A stretch of 64,000 nt of DNA. Source: Takakia lepidozioides. Taxonomy: Eukaryota > Plantae > Bryophyta. The notes under the pieces were generated by a model. That model worked only from the letters and a program-made list of their open reading frames with translations, had not been told where the DNA came from and did no database searches. Position 1 is the first letter of the stretch. The number at the start of each line of letters is the position of its first letter. Positions 23,984 through 36,391 of the stretch are shown in pieces. Location of the stretch: positions 94,550,001 to 94,614,000 of the forward strand of contig CM060731.1 in the NCBI GenBank assembly GCA_030704615.1. Reading direction: 5' to 3'. A program made the translations under genes and the position numbers.

Positions 23984-26900
23984 CTACTCTCCTACACCCT
24001 CCGAGGAACTTGCCCCACCTTCTTCCTCATCCCCCTCATCCCCCTCATCCTCCGAGCTCTGTGATGCATCAGTTCCACTATGCCTCTCAAAAATCCCGTC
24101 CTCTCCTTGGGGGACTGTCCACCTCACCTCCTGGGAATCTTCTGCGTCTTCTCCCCCACTTTCCTCAGCAGAATCCAACACAATCTACGAGCTCGACGGG
24201 CTCTAATAGCTGCTGCCTCCTCCCTCATCTTCATTTTCTTGAGGCTTGCCTCGTCTAAAATCTGCTGTACACGACTACATTCGGACACCTCCTAATGGAC
24301 ACCGAAGCAAGCCGGGCAGCATAAGTAGGAAGGATGTACTCCCTTTCTGGACTAGGCATGAAATCCCCCTGGCAAAAAAAGGCACGTTCCTCCTGCCCAT
24401 GAACTCCGGTGTAGACGTCCCTCCGGCAGTACTTGGCATCCTACAGTAAGAACAAATCCACTTGAAGAATGTCAATACCAGCACAACCAGAAAGGGTTTT
24501 CAATGAAATAAGAGAGCGGAGGGAGGTGCCTCACAAAATCTGGAGGCAACTTACAATGCCACCACTCACTCGTAAACCGGGGGCTCCTCGGCCTCGATCC
24601 CAACTTCCTCCCCTGCTCCTTCTCGGATTTTTCCTCATCCTCGAGGATGCCTCTTCCTCTTTCGGCAGACGTTCAGCCGCTGCAAGTTCCGAGTTGTGGA
24701 GGGCAGTATCTGGCTCGAAGGCGAACACATGCCTGTCGGACAACGTCCCTGCCCACATTGAAGCACCTGAGGAACAAAGCGGGCGGTTAATGCTTGCGGC
24801 ATGCAATGCAATGGGGCCAGGGGACAAACTGAGCACGTGAAGGCTTACCCGTGCCGCATGTGAGGTCCAGAATCCGCCCTTGGACATCCGAGCACGTCTC
24901 CATGAGGGTTTGGATGAAAGCAGGGCTCCGGGTCCGGCTGTACCACCACGGTTTGCCTGTCTTTGTGTCCTTCGGCATACTAGAGTGGGGCACATAGTTG
25001 TAGAGGACATCGTAGGTTACAGGGTCCACAGCGGCATCAACAAAGACGACCGTCGTTGCGGAATTTGAACGTAGACCCTCTCTTCACAAAGCAATATGCC
25101 TCAAACACCAATGTCTGCACATCCAACAAAGAAGGGATCAATTCCAGGGTCTACTTAACATAACACCACAATATGAAGTGAATGCAATAGATTGATAACT
25201 TACACTTTGGCCCTCTGTTCGCAACCCCTGCGTACCATTTTCTGAGGAGGACCGGGGTGACACTTTTCGGTGTCCACCTTGCCACCGCATTCTCTGTGGT
25301 CTTCCCTCTCGTGGCAAGGACAACCACACACCCACCGTCATCCAGAAGCATCCCCGCCAGCCCAAACCCGGCTTTCCAGTAGTCCTCAGTAAACCTGTTC
25401 CAGGTGGGCACACCATCCAGGCCCTCCAGCAGCTCCCCATCTGGAATGTCGAGGAGAATCATGTCGCAAGCTCTCTCCACCTCAACCCCCCCCGAGTGCT
25501 CTTGCAATTCGTGCTCACAGCCGTGAAGAATTCCATCATGGCTTCAAAACCAGGGGTGTTTAGGCTCTGTACCGGCAGCCCTCTTCTTGGCTTTCCCCTT
25601 CTGCTCCGCCAGAGACTTGTTGTGTGCCACCTTCTTCGCCCTGGCAGCGAGAGCATCAAAGAAGCTCTCATTGACGCATTGGATGATGGTTGGAGGTTCT
25701 AGCTTTGGCCTGTGCGTAAACGTCACCGCCGAATACCGCCGTGTAGGCTCGCCCTCAAATGCCAACTTCTTGGCAGAGCCAGTCCCACTCCGAACTGACT
25801 TGGGAACCCGGACGACCGGTGACTGGGGTAGGAGCAACAGCAGTCGCAGGACCTTGAACAAAATCGGCGTCGGAGTCACTCTCTTGGGTCCCCTCCTGCG
25901 CCTCCTCCGATGCCCCGATGGTTTTCTTCTTTTTGGGTGTTACTGCAGTCACATGTTTCCTTGTCCTTTTCCTTTGACCTTTACTCTTCTCATGCAATTT
26001 CTCCTGAATTCCTGCCTGAGCAAGCTCTGCCGCTTTCCTGGAGTTCGCAAGCGCTTTTGCTCTTTGCACCCAACGGAGGCAGCGGAGCCCGGTTTCGTCG
26101 GAATTCAGCATCCAGCTTCAATTGAAACTCGGATGGGTCGAGCGAGCCGGGCGGAAGGTCCACATACCAAGGGCAATCACGCAAATGTTCCAGATGCCAC
26201 TCCTTCACAATATCGTCAGTGTACATGGAGTCAGCCCCAGGGTTCCTCCATGCCAGGAAGAATGGTGGCTCGAAAGACAGATGACCTTTCTCCAAAAGCG
26301 AGAACTTACAGTACCTGCATTCATGAAAAACAAATGAGGTCCGAAAATGGCTAAGTCTCTGAACGGCAATAGGCCTACAACTGGAATATGGCGCCGAATT
26401 TCCACTTCAGAGGCCACCAGTCTAGTAGGGACTTAGCCCGAAAATGGCTAAGTCCCTCGACGGCAATAGGGCCTAGAACTGGAAAACGGCGCCGAATTCC
26501 AGTTCCGGGCCAGCCAGTCTAGGGACTTAGCCCATGGCTAAGTCCCTGGACGGCAATAGGCCTAGAACTGGAAACGGCGCCGAATTTCCAGTTCCGGGCC
26601 AGCCACACTAGGACTTAGGCCAAAATGGCTAACTCCCTGAACGGCAATAGGGCCTAAAACTGGAATATGGCGCCGAATTTCCACTTCAGGGCCAGCCAGT
26701 CTAGGGACTTGGGCCGGAAAATGGTAAGTCCCTGAACGGCAATAGGCCTGGAACTGGGAAAATTGGCGCCGAATTTCCAGTTCCGGGCCAGCCAGTCTAG
26801 GGACTTAGCCATTTTCGGAGCCCTGACTGGAAATTCGGCGCCATTTTCCCTAACACCACTTGAGGCCTCTAACATCCTGCAATGCCAGACTTGAAAGAAA

Positions 26901-29900
26901 GCAGCCGTTATGTACCTGTTACAGAAGGCGCATTGCTGCTCCGCGTTCGGCTGGTCGGTGAACTCGTGGCTCCGGCGAGCATCTGCTATCTCCCGAAAGA
27001 ATAGGTTGGTTTTGTTAGAGCAGAAAGTACCTGTCACATAGTCACGTAGCTCTCTGCTGCAGAATATCTCCATCTTGAACTGATGTGCTTGTGTGTCCAG
27101 CTGCTCTTGCGCATTCGTCGTCACCTGTGGAGATTGTCCATCAGATCGCTTTCCTCAAAAAATACAATGAATCACCCCCTACTAGAGTACAAGCCCAAAC
27201 GAAGCGTGGGGAAAGTACCTGAAACCACCATGTCATGCGGTTCATCCACATGTCGAATGTGGGGTCAGAGAGTTTGTCCGGTTTGGGGAAGCTCCACATG
27301 TCCCTGGTACTTTGGGGAACCATTCCAGATTTGGAGCCACCGGGTCTGTCCAACCACCAGCATATTCGTAAGCGCCAAACACCACAAAAAGGAGTTGTTG
27401 CCACCACAATTTGGTTAAGAATGTATCACCTTTTCTGTTGCATCACACAGGATGTGGCTAACGATGGAGCTTCTCCAATGTCATCGTGGGCTTCAGAGCG
27501 CGCAGAGTAGTGCTTTCCCCACCTCCACCAGAAAGTCGGCACCAAGGGCGGGATCAGCTATGGCCACGTACTTTACCATCCGCGACTTGTACTTTATGCG
27601 GGCCCTCACCTCCGCAGCTTTGACATACGATTCGAGTTCCGGGAGGGTTGGATTCTTCTCCTCTGACTCCATGTAGAACCTCCGCGCATGTGCCAAATCC
27701 TGCTGTATTTTCGTCTGTCAAAATGCGCACATAAGATTAGAGATCCTGCTCAACACACATTTCTTCTATTGGGGGAGGAGAGACAAATTAGCTCAACAAA
27801 ACTGTCAGGAGCTTTACCCGAAATATGTAGTCCACCATGGCGTCGACGCTCAGCCTATACCAGGTTCTGTCTGCCTTTGCCTCCGACTTGCGCAGGAGGT
27901 CGGCACTGAGGGAATTGGCAAACTCTTGCACCCCCTTGCTTCCCGACATCCTTCACTCGGAAGAGCATATGGGACAAGTTGGTGGCAATGAAGGCATTCT
28001 CAGTCACCCTGCAGTGCCACATTTCCATCAAACAATACTGAAATGGGAATTTTCATCATATATGAGGATTCGCAATGAAATGACTTCCAAAATTCAAAGT
28101 CCAAAAGCGAGAGGGGTTGTAGCTTACGAGTTGATGTCGGCCATTGCAGCTTTGAGAAGACTGCGATCTTTGGGCCCCGCAACCTTCAGCAACACAATCG
28201 ACGGCGAAATGCCAATCGAGATCGTTGGGGTGGGCTTGGGCAATGTGCTCCATCCATGCCAGGAGGCGATGATTGCCGTCCCACACGTAGAACATCTTAC
28301 CGGACATGTGCTGGAAAAGAGGATCACTAGCAATCGATCTCTCGAACTCCTCATTTCGCGTTTGCCAATGGGGACCCCATTTGTCCACCTCATCGGAAGT
28401 GTGGGCACGGGAAGCTCCGTGGTCGTTCTCTCAATGGAAACGTAAAAGGCGGCAGACCCCATTCGATATCCATCCCGGAAAGAGAATTTCAGCTTGTCGA
28501 TATCGCCTGGGAGGGCAGGTCTCACCACCTGCAATGACACCAAGCGGCAAAGGGAATTCGAAGCTTGGCCGGGTACACCATGCCCCCCAGCACCCCAATG
28601 TTGCTGTGGGTTGCCTCCAACATCTTGGCAGCGGCCAACTTCATATCCGCCTCAGACATGACGTCTGCTGCAGAGGGGTTTTCCGGCAGCCCACCAGGAC
28701 CGCCAAATCCAGCCTGTATGCTCCGGGTTTGGGGCCTGGGGATGTCCGGGAGGATGTCATCCTGGTCAGAAACCTCCATGTCGTCCTCCTCAACAGGGTC
28801 AGCCACCTGCGAAACCACCTCCAGCACTCTCGTCGTCTCTACTGCCCTCTCCCTGGCTTCACCTCGAACTTGCACAATCCGTGCTCTTTCAGGTGTTCTT
28901 TCCTCTCCTCCACTCTCCACCGTATGGGTAATTGCGGGGGCTGCTCTTGCCCCGATGGTCTAACCGGTGTGCTACTGCCTCTCTGTGGTGTCTTGTAGGG
29001 ATCCACCGTCTCTGTGGGTCCCTCGCTTACATTGGCATCTGTCATTTGGGCACCCCTGGCCTCTTCAGCTGCCTTTTGTCTTTCCTCCTGGCTAGCATTC
29101 TGTCTCGTCTGTTCTTTTGCCCTCTCTTTTGCCCTCTCACGGGCTTTCTGTTTCTTACTAGGGCTAGCAGCAGGGGAGCCCTCCAGGACGACCACCTTTG
29201 ATTGAGGCGAACTGACACCCTCGCGCGCACTGCTCACTCCCCCCTCCGCAGCCCGTGACTGCTCTCTCGCCGGGGATTGCATGTGCTTAGCTTTCTTCTT
29301 TTTCTTTGCGTGGGCGGGCCCTACTGCATGTGCATGAACAACCTCCATTGCCGGATCTGCTGTCCTCATGTCCTCACGCCCTTCACCTGCCATGCCGCCT
29401 GCACCAACCTCCCCAATGCCTACTCTGTCGTAATCTCGTTGCAAGTCCTCCCGTCCACCAACAAAAGGTTTAAGTTTGCCCTCTCGCCCCAAGTTGGGCG
29501 ATTCAAACATGCGATGAGTTGGAGCTGTCGATGATACCACCAGCGTGCCGGGCTCGTCGTCACTCTGTCATTGACAAAAATCGTGAAAACCAACATCGGT
29601 GCAAAAAGCAGCATCGCAACGAGAGCAGCGCAACCACCATAGCAACAATCATGTAGCAAAAATGAAAACATAACAAGTTTAGGAAGTATGGAGAGCCATG
29701 CAACAACAATGAAAACAAATGCAACCATTGCCTAAGAATGACATGCACAAGCAGCCTTCTCCAGAGCTGCCGGATTTGCACACGCATTGCAAACAATCTA
29801 AGGTTCACTCAACTATCTAAAGTTCACTCATACAGCAAAGCCAGGATGAAGATAAAAACAAAGCGAAAGCAAAAAAAAAATCGAAACAAACCGAAAGCAG

Positions 29901-30138
29901 AAGTGGCTTGCCTGAGAGTACTCGCTTCAGTTGGCGCAGGTTGTGAGCAAGACACTGGAATCTCCTGCTGGAGCTTCAGTTTGGCCATGCGAGAGATTGG
30001 CCGTCGTCCGTAGTACAGAGCTTTCAACTTCCGCCGCGGTCTGGATGTGAGGTCTCTCTCAGGAGAGCCACGCCCTTCAGGCGGCATAAGTCCAGCCAAA
30101 AAGATCTCCTTTTTTGGGGTACATGCCTGGAATACCAT
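23984..30138 (-). pseudogene. Multi-exon ParB-like domain plus beta-class DNA amino-methyltransferase gene of element C (some frameshifts)
   Basis: N-terminal RRKLKALYYGRRP; ParB box FYVWDGNHRLLAW (DGNHR at 28266-28280); DMILLDIPDG (DIPD at 25439-25450); LDDGGCVVVLA; DVLYNYVP; RSPAFIQTLMETCSDVQGRILDLTCGTG|ASMWAGTLSDRHVFAFEPD across GT-AG intron 24767-24848; acidic tail. Confidence 0.83.
26345..26850. repeat. Intronic tandem repeat (~90-97 bp units), each centred on GGCGCCGAATTTCC and flanked by inverted CTAAGTCCCT/AGGGACTTAG
   Basis: About 5 units of ctaagtccctgaacggcaatagg.ctagaactggaa..ggcgccgaatttcca.ttc.gggccagccagtctagggacttag, inside an intron of the C ParB-MTase gene. Confidence 0.85.
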
Positions 30139-30339
30139 GTTAAGCCAAGTTTAGCATGAGATTTAGGGTACGTGTCCAGGAAGCCATGCGTCGCCAGCCC
30201 GAATAATAACCGACGGCCGTCGACATTTATTGCCCAACTGCGCAATTAAATGTCGGATGAAGCCCTCCATGTCGGATGAAAATCGACGTAAACAGTCCCG
30301 GAATTTCCAACGTAGAGGTAATTCGGAGCGCTGCACGAT

Positions 30340-31801
30340 GGAATTCCGGCGCGGATTTCCATCCTGCAGGTAATTCGGAGCGCAGCAGGATGGATATCCG
30401 GCGCCGAATTTCCATCCGCGAGGAAGGGCGCGCTGGAAATTTTCCCTCATGCAGGTAATTCGGAAGCGCGCGGATGGAAATCCGGCGCCGAATTTCCATC
30501 CGCGGAGGTAGGCGGCGCTGGAAATTTCCCTCATGCAGGTAATTTCGGAAGCGCGCGGATGGAAATCCGGCGCCGAATTTCCATCCGCGGAGGTAGGGCG
30601 GCGGTGGAAATTTTCCCTCAGCAGGTAATTCGGAAGCGCGCGGATGGAAATCCGGCGCCGAATTTCCATCCGCGAGGTAGGGCGGCGGTGGGAAATTTCC
30701 GGCGGTGGAAATTTCGCAGGTAATTCGGATGGAAATCGGCGCCGAATTGCCAGGTAATTCGGAATCCGGCGCCGAATTTCCATCCGCCAAATTGCCGGCG
30801 CCGAATTGCAGGTAATTCGGAGGATGAATGGAAATTCGGCGCCGAATTTCCATCCAGCAGGTAAGGGGAAATTCGGCGCCGAATTTCCATCCCAGGTAGC
30901 TTTTGGGGAAATTCGGCGCCGAATTTCCATCCTGCAGGTAATTCGAAAAATGGATATTCGGCGCCGAATTTCCATTCGCCAAAATTACCTTCGTGCAGGG
31001 GTGCCCCCTTCCAGGTAATTGCACCCGATTGGGCGGAAGGTAATTCTCATCTGGAAATTACCTGCAGGTAATTTCCCTTAATGCTCCGATGGAAATTCGG
31101 CGCCGACCATTGCTGCGCGCCGAATTTCCATTCGGGATAATGGAAATTCGGCGCCGAATTTCCATTCATCCATTCGAATTACCTGCAGGATGGAAATTCG
31201 GGCCCTGCTGGGGAAATTCGGCGCCGAATCTCCATCCATCCGGGCTGGATGGAAATTCGGCGCCGAATGGGATTGCTGGATGGAAATTCGGCCCGAATTC
31301 CATTGCCAAATTCGGCGCCGTTTTCCCATCTGGGAGTTTTTATGTCGGCCAGTTTTCGGTCTGACCCCCCGACAAGACTTCCTTTGGGGGGGCCCGGATG
31401 GAAATTCGGCGCCGAATCTCCGTCCAGGGATGTTCTCTGTCGCACACTCGCCGGCCTCTGCGCCCGAGGCGACTTCATCCGGCGTCCCCTGTTCGATATT
31501 CGGTGCCGAATTTCCGTCCGGGGGTTGAAATGTGACGGCCAACTGCAGGCCACTCCCCCCTCCCCGACTGCATCCGAACCGCCCCGGATGGAAATTCGGC
31601 GCCGTTTTTCCATCTGGGGATGTTTTTATGCCGTCCAGTTTTCGGCCTGACCCCCCGACACGACTCCCTTTGGGGGCCCGGATGGAAATTCGGCGCCGAA
31701 TCTCCATCCAGGGGATGTTCTCTGTCGCACACACTCCGGCCTCTGCGCCCGAGGCGACTTCATCCGGGCTTCCTCTGTTGGATATTGGGTGCCGAATTTC
31801 C
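30340..31801. repeat. Array of about 25 copies of the 22-bp palindrome GGAAATTCGGCGCCGAATTTCC between the divergent genes of element C
   Basis: Copies at ~30391, 30476, 30561, 30646 (85-bp period), 30831, 30867, 30907, 30952, 31142, 31251, then 31400, 31495, 31590, 31684 (~95-bp period). Confidence 0.92.
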
Positions 31802-32107
31802 ATTCGGGGGTAGTAATGTGACGGCACGGTGCCGGCTTCTCCCCTTCAGCCGTCATCATCCGGACGGCCCCCCACTTTCTGACTGCATACCGTTGGCAGT
31901 TATTGCGCAAAGACCAGGGGCCGCATTCCGGAGACAAGGTTCATTAACACTCTGACTGTGGATTTTTGAGATAGTTGGCTCCCTGGATTTGGATCAGGCT
32001 TCGTCGCTCGGACAAATCGGCATCGCATTCATTCCCATCGCTGCACCCCCCTTCTACCAGGGAGCTTCCCCGCACGCCATCCTGGCAGTCTTGTGTGCAC
32101 ATCTCCC

Positions 32108-35100
32108 ATGGCGGAAAACCCGAGCGCTACAGTGTACTGCCCTCCTCACGAGCATAGAGCTTCATTTCCGTGCAGAGGGGACACCTGCCGGGTGATGGAG
32201 AAATATCTGTGCGTTCGATACCACCTGAAACCGGGGTCGGTTTTTTTGGAGGAGGAAAGGAAGGACTCAAACGGCCTTGTTGTCGAGAGTATTGTTGTGC
32301 TCCACGATGATTTCGGCGATGGCAGGGAATGGCGAGTTCCACCATCGGACAGCGTCATATACAGGGCTGTTGGGGACTTCATTTGCCCGCCAAATGCACC
32401 GTCTATCCTGGCCTTCCACGAAACAATCCGCGAATCAGAGAGTGGGTACCTCAAAGAGAGAAGTCCGCAACGAAGTAAATCCAGAGCCGAACCCATCCAT
32501 GAAGACGACCGAGAACCGGGTTGTTCACAACCTGTCCGACTCAGACGAGGTCATGGAAGTTCCGAGGTCGTCCTGGAGATCAGGCAAGTCCTCAATGGAC
32601 GTCAGTGGAGGAGGGAGTCATATTCCCAGCACGAGCACCGCAGTTCGATCTATTCTAGAAATTCTGCGAGGGCTTCACCTGGAGGGACACCGGTCGGAGC
32701 TGGCCGGGCTGGACTACAGCAAGTTCGCAATTAAATCGGTTACATGCCTTCCCGCCGACGTCGACGGTAATATCTTCTTTGAGTTCCCTCCTCGGGCGGA
32801 CTACTCGAGGGCGTCCGGAATGTTGACAGATATGGATAGAAAACATGACGGTCATCCTTGGTGCGTTACCAAAACCACCAGCATGAAGATGCTTGATGGT
32901 GTGCGGGTGCGCTACGTTGTTTGTGCGGGCGCGTTGCGGTTTTTCTCCCCAACTTGCTTCCACTTTAAATCCAGAGGTCACAGGAACGAGACCGATTGGA
33001 CAGGCACAGCTCACCAACCATTTCGAGCTCAGGAGAAGGTTCCGAACTCCACATTTAAGTGTGCGCATTGCAAAGAACCACCACACTGCATGTCTGTTTG
33101 TAATGCCAAGCAGTTCTATGTGTTGCACCGTTTCCCTGACCTCACCCGAGCTTGCATACACGTTGGTTCCCATTGTCACAAATTGGCGAGGGGGAACTCG
33201 CGGGAGGCTGCCCACGAAGCAGAGCAGCTCGTTCAGGAGGAGGTTAAGTTGAGACCGGGTGCCAAACCCAAACAGATACAGCTCCAAGCCGCCCATAAGA
33301 TGGCATTGGCCAGAATTATGTCGGAAGACGGCTCCGATAGAGTTCCTCTCGACGAGAAGGAAATGGAGGCATTGCTGGAGTCGGTGTCCCACGTATGTTC
33401 ACCGAATGTCCGAAACCACATTGTCTCATGCAAACAGAAAATTGGGCGTGGCTCGGATATGCACTCCATTCTGGAGGTGAAGCGACGATGTGGATATGAC
33501 TACATTCATGGAAGTAGGTTTCCAGGACAGGGACTGAGGCAGATCGTTGTTTCGTATTCAAAATGTCCACGTGTGGACCTGGCAGTGGCGTCGAACTGGT
33601 CGACAGGATGACGAGTGGGAACTTGTCAAACAGTTGGGTCATGTTCGACCATATCAAGCGAATTACAAATCACCAGTGGGTGACAATGGGTGCACATGTC
33701 TACGACACCCACTGCAGGATGCTAATGACAATTGCTATTTGTGAGATGAAAGGAGAGGACACACAATCGGAGATGCTTCTTTGGCAGGGAATAAACGAAC
33801 AGATGGCCAAGGCGGGATTGCCCCCTCCCAATTTCCGTGGTTTCATGGCGGACAACGCACAAGCAAATTGGGCTGCCATCCGAAGGGTGTACGGGCAAGA
33901 CCCCAATGTTCCCATGGAAGGCAAGGAGAGATCTTGTGGGTTCCATTTTCTGCAGAGCCTTTCGCAGTACACAACCAGGCTCGTGGCGCCAGATTTCAGA
34001 GAGGAGCACCGTTCCATGTGCCTTGCGTGGAAGCGCGCTCCCACCTTGGATGATGCAGAGACACAGTTTGCATGCATACGGGCTTGGTGGACATCGTCAG
34101 GTGCTGTAAGGAAATCAGACGAAGGAGCAATGGTCAGTTGGCTAGCATGGTGGCATTATCGTTTCCTCCAGTTCGGCGACTATATGCGGGAGGTGAGTTG
34201 CACGAATTCGCGTCCCGTTGGATATTATTCTTGGCCATATTTGTAACTTGCTTGTAACCTCAACATGTGCTTGTGCAGGAAATGTGTCTCGACTCCGACA
34301 CCGACATGCCCACGACAAACATGGCCGAATCAGTGCACTCTTCCTGGCGTGCCTCCTCTGCGGCGCATCTGGTGGACATCCTCACTGCCACAACGGAGGA
34401 CATTGTGAGGTCAATTATGCAGCAATGCAGGTACAACGAGTTCTTGAAAGGGAAACAGTGGGGCTTGGGGCCGGACAGGCAGGAAATGCTGATGCGGACT
34501 GCCTCCAGATCGAAGAATCCTCGGAAGTGGGCGGCGGCCTTGCGAGAGGGCCTTCGGGACACGCCATTGCTGCGAAGAGGCCAACATTTGGAAGGAGATG
34601 TTCATACCCGTCCAGTGAGACGAAGACTTGACGAGGCACCTGGCGGAGAAGAGGATTCATGGCGAGCTGACAAGAATATTCGCACGCTCCCTCGTGGTCC
34701 GGTGATGTTGTCCGAGGAGGTCTCGTCGAGCACCGGAAGTCCTGCACGTTCAAGATCGCCATCTCCTTTGAGCACAGGGCGCGTGCCCCGGCAACATAAC
34801 GAGCCATCTGTAGTAAAGCAATACAACATTCCCATTGTGGAGACAAGAGTGTCGGAGTCACAGTGGAGAATTGCGAGGACATTGCCGGCATTTCGAGGAA
34901 GTGTTGCGCCATCCGGGTGGATACGAGAGCACGCTGTGGTGAGATGATTCGGAGGAACCCACACGGTGCTGTACCTGCACCTTGTTTCAGCGGCAGATTT
35001 TTGACTCCCACATTTGCTCACGCACAACGCAGACATTTTGGTTCTGTAGGCACGACATAATGACCTGTGTATTTGGCAAGCCCAAGTACGGGATTCAGGG

Positions 35101-35682
35101 AATGCCGGAGCCTCCGGGCGTCTGGCCTGTTGCACCGGGTTGCAGCCTCTCTCAGAATGAGGCGGATGCTCTATCTGCAGCAGGATTTCGAATGGTGCAA
35201 CGCACAGACATCCCGGCCCACGCATTTCCGGTTCCTCAGACCCAGCCATTGCAGACTGCTCGGTCCAGTAGAGACGGATTGGACAATTCTGCACATCCCA
35301 CAATGCGATTCGGAAGAGTGAAGAGACGACACCCTCCCCAACAAGTTGAATGAGACTCGGATTGCCAATGCTCTTGGGATGGCTTGCACTATTCAGAGCT
35401 CCGTGGACGTACCCCCACCCGGCCTTGGGCGTGTGTATCGGATGGCAACGGCCGGCTCGGCTGTACGCGACGATGTATACACAATTACGATTGGAGTGGA
35501 GCCGACTTGCAACTGTACGGACTTCTCGTTGATGGAAGCAAAGAAGGGTTCGAAGTATTATCCGTGCAAGCATCTGTATTACATTTAGGATGAACGTGAC
35601 TATTGATGACTTTATTCATGCACCGGCGTTGAGCGTGAACGAGCTGCACAAACTCCTCCTTAGGGATTCCAGAAATCATTGA
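32108..35682 (+). pseudogene. Mutator-like transposase of element C: GCM-like zinc domain, DDE core and C-terminal SWIM finger (a few frameshifts, one intron ~34193-34278)
   Basis: DGHPWCVTKT..YVVCAGAL..CAHC..C..HVGSHCH; WVMFDHIKR (D1); FRGFMADNAQA (D2); SCGFH (CxxH); TTNMAESVHS (E); SWIM YTITIGVEPTCNCTDF...PCKHLYYI. Confidence 0.88.
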
Positions 35683-35839
35683 TGGGGCAAACGGAATCCT
35701 CCATATGGATATTTTCAAATGCATTTTGCTGTATCAGACTTTTTTTTTGCAGTGTAATGAAATGCACCCCAAAACTCCTGGAATGAGGCAATATTCCATT
35801 CAAACTGAGATCCAACAGAAGCAGTTGTGGGGCCATTTC

Positions 35840-36200
35840 TGGAAAAATGGCGCCGAATTTCTCTTTTTGGGGCCGAAAACTCGCTAAGTCCAACATGCAC
35901 TGGTACCTGTGTTTGGGAAAATGGCGCCGAATTTCTCTTTTTGGGCCGAAAACTGGCTAAGTCCCAACATGCACTGGTACCGTGTCTGGAAAAATGGCGC
36001 CGAATTTCTCTTTTTTGGGCCGAAAACTGGCTAAGTCCGAACATGCACTGGAAAAATGGCGCCGAATTACCTGTCATGAGGGGACCTATAGCCGCGGAAT
36101 TCGGCACCATTTTTCGCCAGAGAGACCTATTGCCGCGAAATACGTCGCCGTTTTTTCAGGTTACGGACCCTATTACCGCGAAATTCGGCGCCATATTTGC
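35840..36200. repeat. Subterminal cluster of C-type motif variants (GGAAAAATGGCGCCGAATTTC), ~70-bp units
   Basis: Repeated ggaaaaatggcgccgaatttctcttttt.ggccgaaaact.gctaagtcc. Confidence 0.85.
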
Positions 36201-36391
36201 ACATGTCGCTGGGAATTGGCATGAGCGGAAGACGAAATTTCATGAGCACAACTGTCAAAAGTGCAATTTTCCCTTCAAGGGGCCGAATAATATATTTGTT
36301 TTTCCTGACACATTGCATTAAATTATTGTTTTTTATTGTTTTTTATTTTCGAAATTTGTACTTCTGCTCATGAAAACCGATTGTGTTACTA

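Noticed and set aside
11916-30138. Bacterial contamination or prophage as the source of the ParB/methylase genes
   Set aside because: The genes contain GT-AG introns at matching positions in B and C and are interleaved with plant retrotransposons.
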